DNA from: Myxococcota bacterium
Lineage (GTDB): Bacteria; Myxococcota; JACRCW01
Length of the DNA stretch: 11,252 bases
Assembly (NCBI GenBank): GCA_040752415.1
Contig: JBFMGU010000320.1
Coordinates: 1 to 11,252, forward strand
Reading direction: 5' to 3'
Below the pieces are notes generated by a model. That model was not told the origin of the DNA. It worked only from the letters and a program-made list of their open reading frames with translations, and made no database searches. Position numbers and translations under genes: made by a program. Shown here piece by piece: positions 6,913-11,252 of the stretch. Every line of letters starts with the position of its first letter. Within the stretch, counting starts at the first letter, position 1.

Positions 6913-9633
6913 ATGTCCGAGCTCATGCGAGATGGCTGGCACGCGCTGGACTCGCAAACCGTGCTGCACCGCCTGGCCGTGGAGCCCGCGCAGGGCCTGT
7001 CCGAGAGCGAGGTTGCGCTCCGACGACAACGCCACGGTCTCAACACACTCAAGCCCAGGCGGCCACGCCCCGCGCTGCTGCGCTTCCTGTCCCAGTTCCA
7101 TCAGCCGCTCATCTACATCCTGCTGGCGGCCACGGTGATCACCGCGGCGCTTCGCGAGTGGGTCGACGCCAGCGTCATCCTGGCCGTGGTGGTGCTCAAT
7201 GCCGTGGTGGGCTTCGTGCAGGAGTCCAAGGCGCTGCACGCCATTGCCGCGCTGGCGCGGACGCTGGTCTCCGAGGCCACCGTCATCCGTGACGGCAAGC
7301 GCCGCCGCGTCTCCGCCGCCGAGCTGGTGCCGGGGGACGTGGTGGTCCTGCAGTCCGGAGACAAGGTCCCGGCGGACCTCCGCCTCCTCACCACCCGCGA
7401 CCTGGAGGTCGACGAGTCCACGCTCACCGGAGAATCCCAGCCCGTACCCAAGCAGGCCGACATCACCCTGCCCCCCGACACGCTGCTCGCCGAGCGGCTG
7501 AACACCGCGTACGCCTCCACGAACGCCACCCGTGGGCAAGCGCTGGGCGTGGTGACCGCAACGGGCGACCGCACCGAAGTGGGACGCATCTCCGAGCTGA
7601 TGGCCAGCGCCGAGCAGGTGGCCACGCCGCTGACGCGCAAGATCCATCACTTCAGCCACCTCCTGCTCACCGCCATCCTCGCCCTGGCCCTGGCCACCTT
7701 CATCCTCGGCGTCTGGCGCGGAGAGTCGGCCTTCCACATGTTCATGGCCGCCGTGGCCCTCATGGTGGGCGCCATCCCGGAGGGACTGCCCGCCGCCATC
7801 ACCATCATGCTCGCGTTGGGCGTCTCCCGCATGGCCCATCGCCGCGCCGTGATCCGCAAGCTCCCGGCGGTGGAGACCTTGGGAAGCACCAACGTGATCT
7901 GCTCCGACAAAACCGGCACGCTGACCGAGAACCGCATGACGGTGACGCGCGTGCTCGCCGGCGGGGAGGTTGTGGAGGTGCCGGGCGCCGGGTACGCGGC
8001 CACGTCGTGGGAGGCCGCCAGCCGTCCCGCCCTGCGCGAGTGTCTCCGCGCTGGCCTGCTGTGCAACGACAGCCGCGTGGTCGAGCGCGAGGGTCACTGG
8101 CGCACGGAAGGAGACCCCACCGAGGGAGCCCTGCTGCTCGCCGCGTCCGCCGCCTGCCTGGACCTCGCGCTCGAGGAGCAACGGCATCCACGCCTGGACA
8201 CCATCCCCTTCGAGTCCAGCCACCAGTACATGGCCACGCTGCACGCTCCCGCGGGCGAAGGCCCAGCCGTGGTCTACCTGAAGGGTTCGGTGGAAGCCGT
8301 GCTCGCGCGCTGCGACCAGGTACTCGACGCCGCGGGAGCGACCATCCCCATCGACGCCAACGCCATCCACGGTGCCGCGGAGCGCATGGCCTCCGACGGA
8401 CTGCGGGTGCTCGCCCTGGCCCGCACCACCCTGCCCCCGGGACGTCGGGTGCTGAAGCCAGGTGAAGTGGCGCGCGGACTTACGTTCCTGGGGCTGCAGG
8501 GCATGCTGGACCCGCCGCGCGACGAGGCCCGCGTCGCGGTGCGCAAGTGTCGGAACGCCGGCATCGACGTCAAGATGATCACCGGTGATCACGCGCTGAC
8601 GGCGCGGGTGATTGCCGAGAAGCTGGGGCTGGGACCCGTGGGACGGAGCGGGCGGCCCGTGGCGCTGACCGGCCGGGAGCTGGACACGTTGGGCGAGGAG
8701 GAGCTCCAGCTCGCCGCGGAACAGACCACCGTCTTTGCGCGCGTCACGCCGGAACAGAAGCTGCGGCTGGTCAGGGCGCTGCAGACCCGCGGCCACGTGG
8801 TGGCCATGACCGGCGACGGCGTCAACGACGGCCCCGCGCTCAGGCAGGCCAACATCGGCATTGCCATGGGCATCACCGGCACGGACGTGGCCAAGGATGC
8901 GGCCGACATGGTGCTCATCGACGACAACTTCGCCTCCATCGAGGCGGCGGTGGAGGAAGGCCGCGGCGTCTTCGACAACCTCACGAAGTTCATCGTCTGG
9001 ACGCTGCCCACCAATCTGGGGGAGGCGCTCATCGTGCTGGCCTCGGTGGTGCTGGGGACCACCCTGCCGGTGCTGCCGGTGCAGATCCTGTGGATCAACA
9101 TGACCACCGCGGTGCTGCTGGGCCTGACCCTGGCCTTCGAGCCCGCCGAGCCCGACGTCATGGAGCGCCCGCCCCGCCCACCCGACGAGCCCATCCTGAC
9201 CCATGACCTCATCATGCGGACGCTCTTCGTGGGGAGCCTCATGCTGGTGGCGGGCATGGGACTGTTCGAGCTGGAGCTGGTGCGCGGCGCCTCGGAGGCG
9301 CAGGCCCGCACGGCCACCGTCAACAGCGTGGTGATGATGGAGCTGTTCTACCTCTTCAACTGTCGCTCCCTGGTGAAGCCCATGCGCGCGGTGGGCTGGG
9401 GGAGCAATCCGTGGGTGTTCGTGGGCTGCGGCGCCATGCTCCTCGTCCAGCTCCTGTTCACGTATTCCCCGGTGATGAACCGCCTGTTCAGCTCGGCGCC
9501 CATGCCGTTCGAGAGCTGGCTCCTCATTGTCCTGGCGGGAGTTGCCGTCCTGTTGCTGGTGGGCTTGGAGAAGAGCATCCGCCTGCGGCATGGCATGGGA
9601 GGGCCGCAGCGCGCGGTGGGTTCGGCCACCTGA
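6913..9633 (+). CDS. Cation-transporting P-type ATPase, P2A-like (CtpF/Pma1-type subgroup), 906 aa
   Basis: ATG at 6913 with GGAGGA RBS (6902-6907). Motifs LTGES, AIPEGLP, CSDKTGT (phospho-Asp codon 7906-7908), GDPTE, YLKGS, DPPR, MITGD, GDGVNDGPAL, TLPTNLGE and QILWINMTT. Confidence 0.96.
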   Translation: MSELMRDGWHALDSQTVLHRLAVEPAQGLSESEVALRRQRHGLNTLKPRRPRPALLRFLSQFHQPLIYILLAATVITAALREWVDASVILAVVVLNAVVGFVQESKALHAIAALARTLVSEATVIRDGKRRRVSAAELVPGDVVVLQSGDKVPADLRLLTTRDLEVDESTLTGESQPVPKQADITLPPDTLLAERLNTAYASTNATRGQALGVVTATGDRTEVGRISELMASAEQVATPLTRKIHHFSHLLLTAILALALATFILGVWRGESAFHMFMAAVALMVGAIPEGLPAAITIMLALGVSRMAHRRAVIRKLPAVETLGSTNVICSDKTGTLTENRMTVTRVLAGGEVVEVPGAGYAATSWEAASRPALRECLRAGLLCNDSRVVEREGHWRTEGDPTEGALLLAASAACLDLALEEQRHPRLDTIPFESSHQYMATLHAPAGEGPAVVYLKGSVEAVLARCDQVLDAAGATIPIDANAIHGAAERMASDGLRVLALARTTLPPGRRVLKPGEVARGLTFLGLQGMLDPPRDEARVAVRKCRNAGIDVKMITGDHALTARVIAEKLGLGPVGRSGRPVALTGRELDTLGEEELQLAAEQTTVFARVTPEQKLRLVRALQTRGHVVAMTGDGVNDGPALRQANIGIAMGITGTDVAKDAADMVLIDDNFASIEAAVEEGRGVFDNLTKFIVWTLPTNLGEALIVLASVVLGTTLPVLPVQILWINMTTAVLLGLTLAFEPAEPDVMERPPRPPDEPILTHDLIMRTLFVGSLMLVAGMGLFELELVRGASEAQARTATVNSVVMMELFYLFNCRSLVKPMRAVGWGSNPWVFVGCGAMLLVQLLFTYSPVMNRLFSSAPMPFESWLLIVLAGVAVLLLVGLEKSIRLRHGMGGPQRAVGSAT

Positions 9634-9698
9634 GTGGCGGCCAAGTGGCGGCAGGGGGTGAGACCGTCCCCAGAGCCGCGGCGCCGGTTGCGGGGCAG

Positions 9699-9815
9699 GG
9701 TCGGAGAGGGCCCGCCAACGGGTCGGAGTTGGCCCGCAGGCGGTCGGAGTTGGCCCGCAGGCGGTCGGAGTTGGCCCGTAGGCGGTCGGAGTTGGCCTTC
9801 GGGCGGTCGGAGTTG
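9699..9815. repeat. 21-bp tandem repeat GGTCGGAGTTGGCCCGCAGGC: 4 full units, 1 partial and 1 degenerate
   Basis: Units start at 9721, 9742, 9763 and 9784, with a partial unit at 9805-9815 and a degenerate 22-bp unit at 9699. Confidence 0.95.
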
Positions 9816-9832
9816 TGATCCTGCTCACGCAC

Positions 9833-9853
9833 CCGACCCGCCGGAGGGGTCGG
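9833..9853. terminator. GC-rich hairpin just 3' of the hypothetical gene; possible terminator or RNA-stability element
   Basis: CCGACCC (9833-9839) and GGGTCGG (9847-9853) form a 7-bp stem with a 7-nt loop, 11 nt beyond the stop codon. There is no U-tract. Confidence 0.3.
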
Positions 9854-9864
9854 AGGCGGTGCGC

Positions 9865-10725
9865 TCAGGCGTCGACCGGCTCGGGGGTCCCCGCGGCCTT
9901 CTTGGCGCCGCCCTTGGGCTTGAGGAAGTAGCTGCTGGAGGCGATGGGCTGCAGGAGCGGGACGTTGGGGTCGTCCTGGCGGGTGGCCCCAAACAGCGAG
10001 CGCAGCGCCGTCATGTGCGAGAGCACCCGGCCGTCCTGCTCATCCAGCTGCGCCTGCGTCACCGGTCCGGACACGCCGGCTCCGCTGGCCTTTCGCGCTG
10101 CGGCCTCCACCTCGTTGGCCAGCGCCGCGGCGGCCGTGAAGCGCTCGGCGGTCACCCGCGACGCCGCCAGGCGCCGACCCTGCACCGCGCCGGAGCTGAG
10201 CCACTGCAGTCCCAGCGCGCTGAGCTGCTTGAGGGATGCCACCAGGCCGTCGGTGTCCGGCGCGGTGCCGTGCGCGGTTTCCACGGCCGCCTGCGCGGTG
10301 TTGTCGCGAGCCGCGTTGCTCAACATGGCGTAGAGCGCGCGTCGCTCCGCCCTGCCCTGCAGCACCTTCTCCTCGGCGGCGGTGGCGTCCACCTCGCGCT
10401 GGTCGCTGACCACCTCGGCGCCGGCCCGACGGGCGCGGTTCCGCTGGTCCAGCTCCACCACGTCCTTCCAGAACACCCGCAGCTGCGCCGTGGAGAAACC
10501 CATCTGCTGCAGCTGTTCCGGCGTGGCCTGCGCGCAGAATTGCGCCACCTGGCCGCCCCAGCGGATGGCGTCGGTGAGGATCTTGCCGCTGCTGATGAGT
10601 CTGCCCATCTCCACCAGCTCCGCGGACGTGAGCGCCACGCTGAAGAGCTCGATCTCCTCGGGCGTGGCGGTCCCGACGAGAGCGGAAACGCTCTGCAGCG
10701 TGAAGGTGGCATTGGTGGTCGTCAT
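9865..10725 (-). CDS. Hypothetical, predicted all-alpha-helical protein (286 aa)
   Basis: ATG at 10725 with AAGGGGG RBS 5 nt upstream. Codons are GC3-rich and the Ala/Leu/Glu-rich composition looks natural, with amphipathic helices and a basic low-complexity C-tail. No catalytic motif was recognised. Confidence 0.8.
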   Translation of the reverse strand: MTTTNATFTLQSVSALVGTATPEEIELFSVALTSAELVEMGRLISSGKILTDAIRWGGQVAQFCAQATPEQLQQMGFSTAQLRVFWKDVVELDQRNRARRAGAEVVSDQREVDATAAEEKVLQGRAERRALYAMLSNAARDNTAQAAVETAHGTAPDTDGLVASLKQLSALGLQWLSSGAVQGRRLAASRVTAERFTAAAALANEVEAAARKASGAGVSGPVTQAQLDEQDGRVLSHMTALRSLFGATRQDDPNVPLLQPIASSSYFLKPKGGAKKAAGTPEPVDA

Positions 10726-10850
10726 GGAAACCCCCTTGGGTAGGTTGTGGTGGCCGGCGATCTAGCGGGGGCGCTCAGGATTGGGAAGCGAGGTCCAGGA
10801 AGTTCCAGCGAAGCGCATAGTATGCGGGCCTATGGGGCCGACGCTCTCCC

Positions 10851-11015
10851 GCCAATGAGATTGGGCGCGGCTCTCTTGGGACGACGCCCTGGACTCCCTG
10901 CCAATCTCATTGGGCGCGCCTCTATTGGGACGACGCCCTGGACTCGCTGCCAATCTCATTGGGCGCGCCTCTATTGGGACGACGCCCTGGACTCCCTGCC
11001 AATGAGATTGGCAGG
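10851..11015. repeat. 49-bp tandem repeat (3 full units plus partial) with palindromic CCAAT-NNN-ATTGG core
   Basis: Units are 10851-10899, 10900-10948 and 10949-10997, with a partial unit from 10998. Consensus GCCAAT(GAG/CTC)ATTGGGCGCGCCTCTATTGGGACGACGCCCTGGACTCCCT. Confidence 0.95.
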
Positions 11016-11252
11016 CAACAAGACGACAAGTCCTGCTCACCTCTCGCGGCGGTGTCGATTTCGCAGGACTACCCTGGAAGAGGCGTGCAGGCGGAGAGGG
11101 ACGACCGAGCACCGATCCACTCACCGTCAGTCCTTTTGTGGGAGGGAATGTCAACACAGATCTGCCCGTCACGTCCCACGTCCGAGCTTTGCGCTGGACA
11201 TGGAGCGTCCGCCACGAGTCGGCACGCGCTTCGGGCGGCGAAATGGTGTCGA

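Noticed and set aside
6823..9828. 1001-aa antisense ORF and other long shadow ORFs (1847-3481, 5005-6438, 9634-10743)
   Set aside because: These are antisense shadows of real genes, typical of high-GC DNA, with no recognisable motifs.
9524..9832. ORF encoding ANSDRLR heptad repeats (and the plus-strand SELARRR and GRSWPAG frames)
   Set aside because: The periodicity follows from the 21-bp DNA repeat. The ORF overlaps the ATPase 3' end, lacks a clear RBS, and several frames are equally open.
10851..11015. CRISPR array interpretation of the 49-bp repeats
   Set aside because: The sequence between the palindromes is near-identical in all units, so there are no unique spacers, and no cas genes are in the window.
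11126..11154. Minus-strand TTGACA upstream of the 49-bp array
   Set aside because: No credible -10 hexamer at 16-18 nt spacing.

Overview
GC-rich (roughly 70%), Myxococcota-like bacterial window with six credible genes. A lipoprotein with a PHM/DBH-type copper monooxygenase fold (456-1538,+) has His instead of Met at the canonical CuM ligand position. A minus-strand ion-transport operon (CPA1/NhaP Na+/H+ antiporter, CaCA/YrbG exchanger, CLC-CBS protein) has a 5' leader resembling an nhaA-I (Li+-I) riboswitch plus an RBS-occluding hairpin. A CtpF/P2A-like P-type ATPase (6913-9633,+) is transcribed divergently from it. An uncharacterised 286-aa helical protein (9865-10725,-) is bracketed by a 21-bp tandem array downstream and a 49-bp tandem array upstream, whose palindromic cores occur in both orientations (GAG/CTC). 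A 36-bp near-perfect direct repeat, a copy of the nhaP 5' end, brackets the transporter operon. No rRNA, tRNA, CRISPR array or transposase was seen. All family calls come from motif recognition by eye, not from database searches.
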